A stretch of DNA of 64,000 bases from Felis catus (lineage: Eukaryota). Location: contig NC_058373.1 in NCBI RefSeq assembly GCF_018350175.1, positions 112,966,001 through 113,030,000 of the forward strand. The letters run 5' to 3'. Below are positions 1-15,300 of this stretch, piece by piece. The notes under the pieces were generated by a model, which worked only from the letters and a program-made list of their open reading frames with translations, was not told where the DNA came from and did not search any database. A program made the translations under genes and the position numbers. Within the stretch, counting starts at the first letter, position 1. Every line of letters begins with the position of its first letter.

Positions 1-107
1 ATGCATCATGGTTCATTTCTCCATTATTTTCTGCACTGCTCAGGTAAGGCAGGTTGTTGGGGCCATATACTTTATCACAAAACTCCTCTTCCTGTTCTCT
101 ACCTTAG

Positions 108-308
<201 letters not shown>

Positions 309-1025
309 TGAGTTACAAAGGGAAGAGGTTAAGGATCTCTCAGAAAACATGCTTTACCCCTGAGAAACTGAAAATAGAAACACCAATGATATTTGCTCCA
401 AGGGAGCATCTCACTTGCACTGTGTGACAAATGATAGAGTCGTGTCCTCAAAGTCTGGGAAAATAGCTTATGACAAGCTGGCAGTCAAACAGGTAGTTAA
501 TTTTTAAAAACTAAACCTAAGTAACAGGAACTGAAGATTCATAATAAACTGCCTCTCTAAGGCATGTCCTTCTTTCCCCAGCATCTCAGCCTCCATCAGA
601 ATTAGCTCTGGTCTTGGGGCACCTGTGTGGCTCAGTCTGTTGAGCGTCCAACTTCGGCTCAGGTCATGAGCTTGCAGATCGTGACTTCCAGGTCCTCATC
701 GGCCTTGCTGCTGTCAGTGCAGAACTTCGGATCCTCTGTCCCACTCTCTCTGCCCCTCCCCAACTTGCACTCTCCCAAAAATAAATAATTAAAAAAAAAA
801 AAAAAGGATTAGCTCTAGTCTTGTCTCAAGCCTCTAACTTGCTGTATGACCTAGAGCAATCACTCAACTTCTCTCTCAGCTTTCCAGGATTAACTAAGTA
901 GGACAACTTCTCAAGATAAATAGTTGATACTCTGATTTTTTAAGCTCATCAGAGTCTTAGGAGTATGCTTTGAGCGAGATGGCCCTCAGGAGCCTGGTTA
1001 CATGTACTAAAAATCAAAGTTTTGA

Positions 1026-1844
<819 letters not shown>

Positions 1845-4380
1845 TGACATTGATTATCAAAATGCTGTGAAAGGTGCTCTGAGTAATTTTAATGAGATAG
1901 TATCCCTGAGCCCCAGTATAAAGGAGTTGTAAGACATGTCCTGAAAGAGGCGTGACCATGCTTACCATCAGATTTAACCCAGTATCAGAAAGCTGTGGTG
2001 GGATGGAAAGAACTTTGGGACCAGGGTCAGAAGACTTGGGTTGGAAACTTGCCCTGCTGCGTATCTGTTTGACCAATCCACTGAAGCTGTGTGAGCCTCA
2101 GTTTCCTCATCTCCAAAGCAAGGATACTGATATGTAAGGGCTATTTTAATGTTTAAATGTATATAAAAGTACACACTACATTGAAGGATGGTGTGAAATT
2201 TCAGTGGGTAAAAGTGAGGGTGGAAATAGAAAAATAAAATACCAAAAGAAGTAAGTTGCTTTAGAAAAAGCCAGAAAGTGAAAAACCACAGAGCCATATC
2301 CAAGAACAGTTAGTTCAGTTTGGCTGGAGCATAATATATATGGAAAATATTGGGATATAGGATTCGAAAGTTGTCTGCAAACCTTGAATGCCAAATTAAG
2401 AAGTGTGGACTTTGCTCTTTGGGCAAACTTTAACTGTAAAAAACCTCTGTGTGAGGGAGTGAAGGAGCTGTGTTTTTAGAAAGGTTAACCTGATGGTAAC
2501 ATGGAATGTAGATAAAGAGAGAAGTTTGAGGACTACTGAGGAAAATCTCCATGGGGCCCACAAGAGAAAAGTCATAAAGGGCAAGGATAAATATTTTACA
2601 GAAGAAGCAACTGCAATAAATATCGTGGAGAAAATTTAACCTCACTAGTAATCAAAGGAATGCAAACTTGGAGGAAAAATAACCTATAAAACTGTTAATT
2701 AAAAGAATAAAAATAGGGGCACTGGGTGGCTCAATCAGTTAAGCATCCAACTTTGGCTCAGGTCATGATCTCGCAGTCCATGAGTTCGAGCCCGTGTCAG
2801 GCTCTGTGCTGACAGCTGGGAGCCTGGAGCCTGCTTTGATTCTGTGTCTCCCTCTCTTTCTGCCCCTCCCTTCTCACACTCTGCCTCTCTGTCTCTCTCA
2901 AAAATAAACATTAAAAAAATTTTTTTTAAAGAAGAAGAAAAATAGTCAGTGTTAGTAAAGATGTGGTCAACTTGGAATTCTTATAGGTTTGTGGTAGGGA
3001 TGAGAATTGGCCCAAACTTTCTTGAAATCATTATGAATCAAGAACCTAAAAATGTTTATACCCTTTGATTCAGTGACTCCATTTCTAGGAATCTTTCTTA
3101 AGGAATTAATCAGAAATAAGAATGAGGATTTAGCTGTAAAGATGTTAATTATACTATATCTATACCATGTTGGTAAAAATGAAATAACGAAAATTTGAAA
3201 GTAACCTAAATATCCACCACAGGGGAATTGCTAAACTAATGTAAATCTACGAAGGACAGGTGCCTGCTTTATTTTTTTCAGGAGCAACGACAGTATCAGG
3301 CAAGACCATAGACAGTCAGTAAATATCTATTAAATGAATGACTACTCTGTAGTTATTAAAATTGTTGGAAAAATTTTTCTTGCAGAAATTTTCATGATTG
3401 GGAAAAGTTGAGTGAAAAGTGAGTATGATTCCTATTACATGAAAATACATTTCATGCTCACAAACAATAGAAGGTGAGAAAGTCATACTGTTAGCAGCAG
3501 TTTATTTCTAGATTCTGGGATTAATATTTTCCTCTTTACACTTTTCTGAATTTTCTATTTCCTACAATAGAAATAATTTTTAATTCAAAAAAATTCAAGC
3601 AGTTTTACACAATTTTTAATGACATGAGGAGAATGCTTTTAATAAAATCATTAGGATATAGAACTGAAATGTTATCACAAAGAAGACACTTACAAAATAA
3701 ATAAATGGGCACAAAGACTAAATGACATGTGCCATAGTAGTTATTTCTGGCCAGTGGCCTAAAGCAGACAATAATATTCTCCCTTTCACTTTATATCTTC
3801 CAAGATTTTCTAAATATTCTACAGTAAGTATGTGTTACAGAAAAAACGTGTTTTCTTTAAGGAAGAAGAGTATTATATTATTTTAGAGGGAAGTCAGGAG
3901 AGGCGATGGACTAGGCGGTGCTGATGGGAGGAGGAGGGTGCAGGTATGAGGGATGTCAGACAGACGGAGTCCTTAGGACCCACTGACCAATTCCTCTGAG
4001 GCCCGAGACAGATTCTGAGGAAGACAGTGAGTGGTGAGGAGAGGTGATGCATTAATAGCAACCAAGAAATCAAGACAACCGGAGAGATTTTATAGTATTA
4101 GTTCTAGGTATTGGTTCTAAGTCTTTTGAGAAATAAATGCTTTTGTCTTATTGTGAACCTCCCAACTCATGTCACCTGGTAAATGCTCTTAAATAAAGAG
4201 CAACATTAGATTGGAGAGCAGGTGGCAAGGCATTTCTAGACAACCTTCCATGCCCCGACAATTCAGAAAGAGGAAATGCTGTAATTAAATACTAGTTTTC
4301 TCGTGCGAGGTGACAGCGGTGTGCCTGACCACATGAGCTTCTGAATGGGCTTTGTCAGGTCCCACACTAGAAGCCTCTGA

Positions 4381-4857
<477 letters not shown>

Positions 4858-5145
4858 TGAAGTAATGTAAGTGTGTGCTTTAAGGTCCCCGCAACTCTGG
4901 CCCTTGCTACTGAACAGTCTCAGCTGTAAATACAATGTAATTGAATGATGCCATCGTTAACTCTCAATTATCCACTGAGCCTGGGTGGCTCAGTCAGTTA
5001 AGCATCCAACTTCGGCTCAGGTCATGATCTCACGGCTTGTGAGTTCAAGGCCCACAACGGGCTCTGTGCTGACAGCTCAGAGCCTGGAGCCTGCTTCAGA
5101 TTCGGTGTCTCCCTCTCTCTTCGGCCCTCCCTTGCTCATACTCTA

Positions 5146-5178
<33 letters not shown>

Positions 5179-7317
5179 AATAAATAAAAATTTAGGGGCG
5201 CGTGGGTGGCTCAGTCGGTTGAGCTTCTGACTTCGGCTTGGGTCATGATCTTGCGGTTTGTGAGTTCGAGCCCTGCATTGGGCCCTGTGCTGACAGCTCA
5301 GAGCCTGGAACCTCCTTTGGATTCTGTGTCTCCTTCCCTCTCTGCCCATCCCCCACTTGTGCTCTGTCTCTCTCTGTCTCTCTCTGTCTCTCAAAAATAA
5401 AAATAAATGTATAAAAAATTTTTTTAAGTAAATAAAATTTTATAAAAAACTAAATTATCCACATTCAGTTTAACCTTGTCAAATTTTTATTTCCCTATCA
5501 ACTTCTCACACCCTTCAGTTCACATTTGAGTCTATCTGGTATCAACTGTGTGTGGCTGAAGAATACAGGATAGAATCAGTGTCCACAGTTTGGAGTTAGA
5601 CTATGGGAACTCTTTCTTTCATCTTTATACTTCTATTTTCTCCTCAATGTATTTCTCATGCTTTTGTACATTTCCAACTAATAAGTTAATAATCTGAAAA
5701 AAATATTTTCATAATTTTAATACACAGTTGCAAGCTGAATGTGAGGGAGCACTGATGTATTCTAAAGATAAAAGTTAATCCAATAATTTCAGAGTAACTA
5801 CTAAAAAGAAACCAAAGAAAAACACAGAGGTCTAAATGCTTACAATAGCAAGACTGAAAATAGGGAATGTAATGAACTATGTCTAAATTCTTTTTTGTTT
5901 GTTTGTTTTTATCTTGAGAGACAGATAGGGAACAAGCAGGGGAGGGGCAGGGAGAGAGGGAGACAGAATCCCAAGCAGACTTTGCACTGTCAGTGCAAAG
6001 CCTGATGTGGGGCTTGAACCCACGAACTTGGAGATTGTGACCTGAGTCAAGGGTTGGACACACTCAAGTGGCTGAGCCACCCAGGCGCCCCTGTCTAAAT
6101 TCTTTTTAAATATAAAAAAGGAGCAAGGGAAAACAAAAACAAACCCCCAAAAATAAATAAACGAGAAAAATTATTAGTAATGTGATGTTCCACAGGGTTT
6201 GGCTGGTTCTTCAAAAAGAATGACAAAACAGGCAAACCATTGGACAACTTTTTTTTAATAATAAAATTAGAAATTTAGAGGTCATCATCAACTAACAAGA
6301 ACAATAGTAAAATGTTATTGAGAAATATTACGTACAGCTTTTCTTTAATAGCTTTGAAACCCTGAGTTAAATAAATGACTTTAACAAAAATACAAAGAGG
6401 CAAAACTGGCACAGTCACAACTTGAGAACATAGAACAACGTCATCCAGGAGCTCCCATGAAAGAGAAAAACATAGTTGTGACTTTTACTGGACAGGGTTT
6501 TAGATACTCTAAGAATTATCTCTATTTAATGTAAAATTCTCTTTTAAATATAGAAAAATTATGTTATGTTCTCCTAATTTTCTGAAGCAAATAATTTGTT
6601 TGGATTATAAAGACTGACCAGAAATAAAATTCTAGATTAATCCCTACTTAAGACAATAAATGTTAAATTCATAGAATCTTAGCGGGCAAAATGTAGCGAG
6701 CGCTTAACATGAAATTAAGGAAGTATAAGTCATTATTTAAAGGAAGAGCAGGGGCGCCTGGGTGGCTTAGTCGGTTAAGCGTCCGACTTCGGCTCAGGTC
6801 ACAATCTCACTGTCCGTGAGTTTACGAGCCCCGCATCCAGCTCTGTGCTGACAGCTCAGAGCCTGGGGCCCGCTTAGGATTCTGTGTCTCCCTCTGTCTG
6901 CCCCTCCGCTGCTTGCACTCTGTCTCTCGCATTGTCTCAAAAAATAAACATTAAAAAAAAAATTTTTTTTTTAAATAATTATTCCCAACCAGAGACAGCA
7001 TTGTGGGTTTTTTTTTTTTAATGTTTAATTTTTTAGGGGGGGGGGGGGGGAGAGATAGAGAGAGGCAGAGTGCAAGCTGGGGAGGGGCAGATAGAAAGGG
7101 AGACAGAATCTGAAGCAGGTTCCAGGCTCCAAGCTGTCAGCACAGAGTGGGGCTCTAACTGAGGAACCTGCCAGATCGTGATCTGAGCTGAAGTTGGGTG
7201 CGTAACCAACTAAGCCACCCAGGTGCCCCAAGAAATTTAATGAAGAAATTGTTTTTAATGAAAAATTATAGAAGTGTTCTACTTAAAACTTAGAATAAAT
7301 TAAAGATGTTCCTTATA

Positions 7318-7549
7318 GGGGCGCCTGGGTGGCGCAGTCGGTTAAGCGTCCGACATCAGCCAGGTCACGATCTCGCGGTCCGTGAGTTCGAGCCCCGCGT
7401 CAGGCTCTGGGCTGATGGCTTGGAGCCTGGAGCCTGTTTCTGATTCTGTGGCTCCCTCTCTCTCTGCCCCTCCCCCGTTCATGCTCTGTTTCTCTCTGTC
7501 CCAAAAAAAATAAATAAAAAACGTTGAAAAAAAAAAATTAAAAAAAAAA
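7318..7549 (+). mobile_element. young SINEC_Fc-type Can-SINE
   Basis: tRNA-derived head, (CT)n, A-tail; TSD ATGTTCCTTAT 7306-7316 / 7550-7560. Confidence 0.92.
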
Positions 7550-9164
7550 ATGTTCCTTATTAACACTTCTATGTAATATAATTTAAGGGAGTCTAGCAAT
7601 TGCAATAGGACAAAGAAATATTAATATGAGATTTTTAAAAATCACTCTTTGCAAATGGAAATTTATATTTAGAAAACTTGACAATCATCAAAAATATTAG
7701 TTTGTAAACAACTTTAGGATAGTCACAGATTAGAAGATAAACTCACAAAATATCATTTGTTTCATGATTTTTATTAACAAACCAAAAATACATTGACAAA
7801 AGAGAATGTATTTTTCAAAAGCAGCAATAAAAATTAAATATTTAGTGAGAGTGATAAGAGACCTATATATATGGAATTACAAAACTCTAGTGGCAGAAAC
7901 CAAAAACACTTCAATAAGGAAAAATAAGCTTTCTATCTGGGTAGGTATATTTAAGACAACAAAGATAACAAAGCTTAAATTAATTTATAAATTTAATATA
8001 ATACCAATTATCTCAATAGGATATCTCATAGAAATTATAATATAAAAAGTATGTGGAAAAGAGAAGAGTAAGAATCTCAAGGAAACTTGGGGCTGGAATA
8101 TATCGAGGGACTCAGTTGTATAAAATCTTAAGCCGTATTATAATTAAATGGCCATCAGAAAGTTTAGGATATAGACATTAAGACAATAAAAACTGAGTCA
8201 AACTCATAGAGGTTCAAAAAAAAAAACATGAAAAAAAGCAAAACTCTACAAAATGTCAGAGATTTATGCTGTACCACAAAAAAAATTTCAGATGGGAAAA
8301 GAGTAAAATATTTTTTAAAAATTTTAATGTTTATTTATTTTTGATAGAGAGATAGAGTGAGCAGGGGAGGGGCAGAGAGAGACGGAGACAGAATCCGAAG
8401 CAGGCTCCAGGCTCTGGGGGCTCAAACTCACCAACTGTGAGATCATGACCTGAGCTGAAGTTGGACGCTCAACTGACTGGGCCCCCAGGTACTCCAAAAG
8501 AATAAAATATTTTAAAACTAAAATAAGCTAGAAGAAAATGGAACAGTTGAAATTGCCTCAATTGCATAAGAAACATCACTTCTTTTCCTTTGAAGCAACA
8601 GAAGAAATTTTCAATGGCAAAGTTTGGTTCATTCTTTCAAAAATATTTACTGAGCACTTTCTTTGTGCTAGGAACTGGGGATACAGCTGTGAATATAAGT
8701 TATAAGATGTTTCATTCTAATGGATCTAGATAATACACAAATAAAATACATTATGCCAGCTGGAATGTGCTGTGATAAATACAAAAATAGAGGGGTGCCT
8801 GGGTGGCTCAGTCAGGTTAAGTGTATGACTCTTGATCTCAGCTCAGGTCATAATCTTACGGTTTGTGAGACTGAGTCCCTGTGCTGACAGCTGGGAGCCT
8901 GCTTGAGATTCTCTCTCTTCCTCTCTTTCTCTGCCCCTCCCCCACTCACGCTCTCTCTCAAAATAAATAAATAAACATTAGAAAACAAAATAAAACGGGG
9001 TACCTGGATGGTTCAGTCGGCTGAGCTTCTGCTTTCTGTCAAGTCATAATCTCTCGGTCCATGAGGTTGAGCCCCACGTTGGTTTGCTGCTATCAGCACT
9101 GAGCCCACTTTGGATCCTTTGTCCTCTCTCTGCTCCTATGCCACTTCCACGTGCATGTGCGTGT

Positions 9165-9207
<43 letters not shown>

Positions 9208-9468
9208 AATAAACATTAAAAAAAAGCTTCTCTCTCTCTCTCTCTCTCTCAAAAATAAACATTAAAAAAAAGCTTCAAAAATAAACCCCAAAACAAAAAT
9301 AGGATAACAGAATAGAGGGTGATTTGAGGAGGAGGAAGGATATCTTATAGTGGTCTGGAAGGTTCTCTGAGGAAGGACAGAGATCTGAAAGCAAGGTGGG
9401 GCTCTGAAAGAATAGAGTTCAGGTTGATTGATTGCAAAACAATTATAAATATCTGCCAAAAAATCATT

Positions 9469-9686
9469 AAAAAAATTTTTTTTCAACATTTATTTATTTT
9501 TGGGACAGAGAGAGACAGAGCATGAACGGGGGAGGGGCAGAGAGAGAGGGAGACACAGAATCGGAAACAGGCTCCAGGCTCCGAGCCATCAGCCCAGAGC
9601 CTGACGCGGGGCTCGAACTCACGGACCGCGAGATCGTGACCTGGCTGAAGTCGGACGCTTAACCAACTGCGCCACCCAGGCGCCCC
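9469..9686 (-). mobile_element. young SINEC_Fc-type Can-SINE
   Basis: TSD CCAAAAAATCATT 9456-9468 / 9687-9699. Confidence 0.92.
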
Positions 9687-10934
9687 CCAAAAAATCATTT
9701 TAATAAATACATAGCAATACAATGGAAAAAGAATAATAATAAATAATCTATAAAGGTTTTACTTTCCATATATATATAAGTAGCTGATGGAAATTTGTGA
9801 AGGATCCAATTCACAAATGGTTTAAAGTTATGAATAGAAAATTTACTCCAGAAGACAAATAAACACTTAGTGAGGGATCAATCTCACTAATAATTAAAGA
9901 AATACAAGTTAAGCATTTACCATTTGGCTTTTGATTAGATGTTAACTACATCTAATATTGATGGGGACACTGTAAATGGTGGGAACTTTCTACAGAGTGA
10001 TTTGGCAATTCACACTACAAATAGTTATACCCCTTGACTTAAAGGAACATATGGCAAAGAAGTAATTTGAAACAGAAAATAATTTAATTGAACATACTGT
10101 TTTGTAATTAAAACCTGAAAGCAATCCAAACAACCCCTGGCAGAAGAATAGCTAACCAGGAAATAGTATGTTAATTTAGTGAAACAGCAGATCCCCATTA
10201 GGAAAAGAATCAGAAAATTTCAATAAAAAGACCTATATGACTATAAGGAACTGCAAACTGGAAGTGTGAAATTCTGAAAAATGTATATACAACGGTATTT
10301 TATTTCTGCAGACAGGATGATAAGAAACCACAGTGTTTGGACATAGTTGGTGATTAAAGGAATTAATATTTGTTGTAGCTTTTGATAGATGTTTCCATTA
10401 AACTTTTATTGGACAATTAATTACATGTATAATTTAAAAATCAAAACTGATGCTAGGATGCATTAATTGGAAGACACAGCAGCTAGACAATGACCTTTGC
10501 AGTCAGACAACCCTGGGTGAACCCAGGGTTCACCTGCCTCCTCTAGGGCAAGTTAAATTAGTTTTTTCAGGTCTCAGTTTCCTTATCTGTAAAATGAAAA
10601 TAACACTAACCATGTAGTTGTTACAGGGATTAAATAAGCTGATATTAAAAACTTCACAATGCCAGGCGCTTGGTAATTACTCAAAAAAAAAAAAAAGAGA
10701 GAGAGAGAATAGATTAAAAGAGGGAGGAAAGGTAGGGAGGAAGGAAGAGAGAAAGGGAGAGATGGAAGGGAGGATTCAGATTCTAGATTAGACTGAACAT
10801 AAATCTAACATAGCTTTGACTTACATTGAATACAGCAGAAAGATGATTCTATACCTCTGAAGTAATCTTTCTACTATACTATCCAAAAACTGAACCCGGG
10901 GGCGGGGGGGCACAAAACTTAAAAATTTTTTTTT

Positions 10935-11300
10935 TAATGCAGGAAAGAAATCAAGGCTATTTAAATTGAGGAAGAAAATGGGAATAGGTGACAATTACCA
11001 TCTTCAGCATATGAGGAAGTCCAAATTTAAAGGCTAAATTTAAAAAAGTGGATTTAAACTGAAAATTATTTTAACTAAACAGTTTACAAAGAAAACTTTA
11101 TTATGTAGTAAAACAATATAGCAGACAATCAACCAATCTATAAAAAAAGCATTAATGCATATTACTGATTAGATATTAATAAACAACGGAACTAATTTCT
11201 GGAGGTTGTAGAATCTTTCTCCTTGGAATCTTCTCAAAAACAAGCATCAGGCCATTTGTCCTGGATAGAGTTCAGACATTCTTCTGCAAGGGGTCAAGAC
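10935..11300 (+). mobile_element. highly diverged CR1/L3 LINE 3' remnant
   Basis: gaggaagaaaa..ggtgaca.ttaccatcttca..tatgagg..gtggatttaaactg and ggaggttgtagaatctttctccttggaatcttc follow the motif order of the CR1 3' end. Confidence 0.55.
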
Positions 11301-11784
11301 TTGTTCGTGTTTCTTATGTAATTTTAATCTACTGCTACAGTGAATGACAGAAAGCATGGTGAAGTCGAATATAAGTACATCCTGAGGACTCCTTAAAGGA
11401 GTGGAACGGAATGGAAACAGTAAATGCACCTGAGTGTGTTGCAGCGTTCTTAGAAATAGAGCAATAAAAGTATGGAACGATCTCGGGACACATTAGATGC
11501 CCAGTAAATGGTCATTATTATCACTAATAATTCATTTCATTTCCAATAGTGTAGATAAAAGAAATTTGGTTATTCTGGCTCAAAAAAGCACAACACCAAA
11601 AACCTTTACTCAAAAATATCTTAAGCAACTGAGGATTAATTACTCAAAGCTGGCTTTCTTTTTAACCTTTTTTCCTGGCCAAGGAGGGGTCAAGGAAAGC
11701 AAAGGAATAAGGGTGATCCTTAGGAGAACCACACATCTTGAAATCATCTGGCTCTGTGCTGACAGTGCAGAGCCTGCTTGGGAT

Positions 11785-11836
<52 letters not shown>

Positions 11837-12304
11837 CCCATCTCTCTCTCTCTCTCTCTGCCCCTCCTCTACTCTCTCCCTCTTTCTCTCAAAACATAAA
11901 AAAACTGGGGCGCCTGGGTGGCACAGTCAGTTAAGCGTCCGACTTCAGCCAGGTCACGATCTCGTGGCCTGGGAGTTCGAGCCCCGCGTCAGGCTCTGGG
12001 CTGATGGCTTAGAGCCTGGAGCCTGTTTCCGATTCTGTGTCTCCCTCTCTCTCTGCCCCTCCCCTGTTCATGCTCTGTCTCTCTCTGTCCCAAAAATAAA
12101 TAAACGTTGAAAAAAAAATTTTTTTTAACATAACAAAACTAAAAAATAAATAAATAAAACTAAAATATTAAAAAGTATAAGGATAACTTAAATTTTTAGG
12201 ATGTAAAATGTTCTGTAGGTGCAAAGATTTGTTTAACTATTATGATCACTATTAGAAACAATGAGAAAATGAATCCCTATATAAATGGCAAAAATCATAG
12301 AATT

Positions 12305-15300
12305 TTACAGATAAAAAGGATCATGAAGGTTAACAAATCCCAATTTCTTCAAGGTTCTGCCTTTCAGTCTCTCAGCTTCCTCTCTCTGCTGACTGTACTG
12401 GGGACAAAGAAAGAAAAACAAAGCAAAAAACAAATGTGGGTTCCAAGTAATCCTCTTAACCCCAATTTAATCAAGTATGGGTTCTTTTTTTATTGCCTAT
12501 TTGCATCTGGAACATAATTACTATCCAGAGCCTAATTTGAGAATGTTCATTATGAATGAAAGGTGTAATATCCTAGAACAGAATAGAATTCAGTTTATTC
12601 CTCGGACATTTGTAAAATTAAGTCAAGACACTGAAAGTGATAAGTAAGTTCTATCTAGTTTTCATCTCCAAGACCATGGATTTCAGTGACATTTTTATAA
12701 CTGCGTACTTTGGGAAAATGAAAAAAAAATTAAACGATGAGCTTGTTGAATATTTTGCCCTCAGATGTATTAGTTTTAAAATGTAAACTGAGCAGTTTCT
12801 ATCTGGATGAATGAAAGACTATGGAGACTTCTATAACATTACCTTAGGATTTACTTTATAGAGCATTTCTATTTCTATTCCTTCTTATACCTTGACAATA
12901 TTGCTACTGTGACTCTTTGTTTTAAAGAGGATAATATCAGGCTTCATTTTAATTTTGCACCAATTTTTTAAAGTACATTTACTTAATATTTCTCAGTCTC
13001 AAAAACTTTTATCATTAAGCTCAACCTTTATTTAAATCACCGACCTATTTGGTGAAGGCTACAGGAGAATTTATTTGCAAATGCCTTAGAAAATGACTAA
13101 TTTACCTTTATTTCAGAAAGATCCATTGTAGACCTCCAACTGGATGTATTTGCCAGACCTCTTAAAATGGATCATAATTATGTCTTTATACATTTATCTG
13201 GGAAGCTATTATCTGAGGGTAATTATTCTTCCCAAATGCTTTTTTATTTTTTACTCAAACAGCCATGCTTCCAAAATATTTATTGAAAATGTAGCCAAGA
13301 AACAAAGATTTGGTGAAAATTTGTTTTAGCATGCTAATGAGGTTAAGAAAACAAGTATTTTAATTATTGTTATTAATTTTAAAATCAGGAATGCAGAATA
13401 CTTCTTTGTCCAAAGACATCCAAAAGCTTAGTTATCCAAAGACATTTCCGAAAGTGAAATGGTCTGAACACCTGACAGATAGTTTTCTATTTTATCCAGT
13501 AAGCTAAGTAAACTAACCAAGTACTAACTTAGGCAAATACTTGAGCATGTCATTTGCCTGCAAGATTCCCAAGCGCTGTCACCTTCATCAGGGCCATAGA
13601 GATTGTGATGAAGCCAGAAGAAGTGGGCACCTTCTAACCCCAGGCATCCATCTATTCCAGAATTTCTCCCATGTCTCTATGAGGGCCTATATTCCCAACA
13701 CAATAGACTCTATGGAAGCCCCTGAGCAGCAGCGATTAGCTTCTCTCTGCCTCAGCCCCAAATGAGTTTTCCAACGCTGGAGAGGCAGCAGGATAGGGAT
13801 GCCCACAGCCTCACCGAGTGACAGGTGATAGAGAAAATAAAAATAGATTATGTGTCATTATATACTATTCACTTTTATGGCTTTTACAGGTTGGATAGCT
13901 CGCATGTTGCCAGAATTTTAGGTAATTTTACTCTAATATGTGTTAATAATGTAATACCCTAGCTTGCTACACATGTTTCATTACCACCTACAAAGCATTT
14001 AGGAAAGGCCAGTTACCTCCTACTTAGTAATTCTTTTCTAAATATTTGTGGTTACACTGGCAAAATTTTGAAATGTGCTGTTTATTTTTGCAGGAGCATG
14101 AGAACTGATTCAGGCACTTCAGGTATGGAACAAATTCCACTACATTTCTTTGTGATCTCTGGTATCCAGTAGTCAACCTTGGGTCCTGGAAGAAAGTAGT
14201 TATGAGCAAAGGAATCCAGCTAGATGTTTTGATGTGTCCCCTTTGCTCCATTCTGAGAGTCCTACCATGCAGGAACTATTCTTCAAAGCCTGTCCTCATG
14301 CTATCTTGCAAGTGGTAGGCATCACTGCACTTTTTCTGTGCTGGTAGAGTCAGTTTCCCAGTTCCCTAAATCCAGCTCACTGGGCATGAACCACTCCCAG
14401 GCCTGCTCAGCAGGCAGAACCCAAACAATAGGGTCTTGTATCCTTGCTGGTTTGGAAGGAAAGTGGTCTACCACTAAATTTCTTGGTAAATCTACAATTG
14501 TATAGTCCTTACTTGTATCTGGGGCTCCGCTTTGATACTATTTAATGTTTTATTCAGCAGTTGTTTCTTTACATACTCTCGTGTCTGAGGATCTTTTAAC
14601 TTCTTAGCAACAAGTTTTTAACATGGGGGTTGTCATAAGGCACCAGTGGAGATCTGTCCCCTTGCTTGCTGCTGACCTACTTCTAAGTTACTGTCTAAGT
14701 TGAGGGGTGGATAGGCCTCAGCTCCAGTCATGCACATAAAAGAACATCATGGAGAGAAAAAAAATACTTCTGCTTTAAAATCCAAGAACCCGTGAAGGCA
14801 TTCTCAGTCACATTTGCAACAGTCCAACAAAGAAGAGCAAACAACTAGAGGATAGTGTTTATATAAATGGGATTTTTGTCTGTAGACCTTACCACTGAGC
14901 TTTGGTGTCCAAAAGTACAAGATGAACTTCACTGAGATGTGAAGTTCCAATCTACAGTATTGAACCTGAGAACATTGTAGGGAAATGCCATTGTAGTTTA
15001 TAAGAAAAATGCAAAATCTCCTTTGCAATATATAGAATTTTCACCTACCAATTTTTACCTCAAGTTCTATTTCAAAACGAAATCACAGTAAATTTATAGA
15101 AATTCTAGAGATGTCCAATAGCCAGATATTTTTGTCTTACTTTCTAAAAGCAAGGGTAAATCTTACAGCAGCCTTATTACTGATAATTAGTATGTTAGCA
15201 TATGATTAGCACATAATTAGTACAATCACATACAACATACATTCTGAAGCACTAGTTATTTATGCATTGGGAATTTATAATTAATGTAGGATATTGATAC

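Larger units (their letters stand above)
6100..10430 (+). mobile_element. ancient degenerate L1 (L1M-type) ORF2/3' remnants, fragmented by SINEs and an L2 piece
   Basis: A-rich strand bias; ORF 7806..8045 resembles L1 ORF2 (DLYIWNYKTL...LIYKFNIIPI). Confidence 0.6.
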
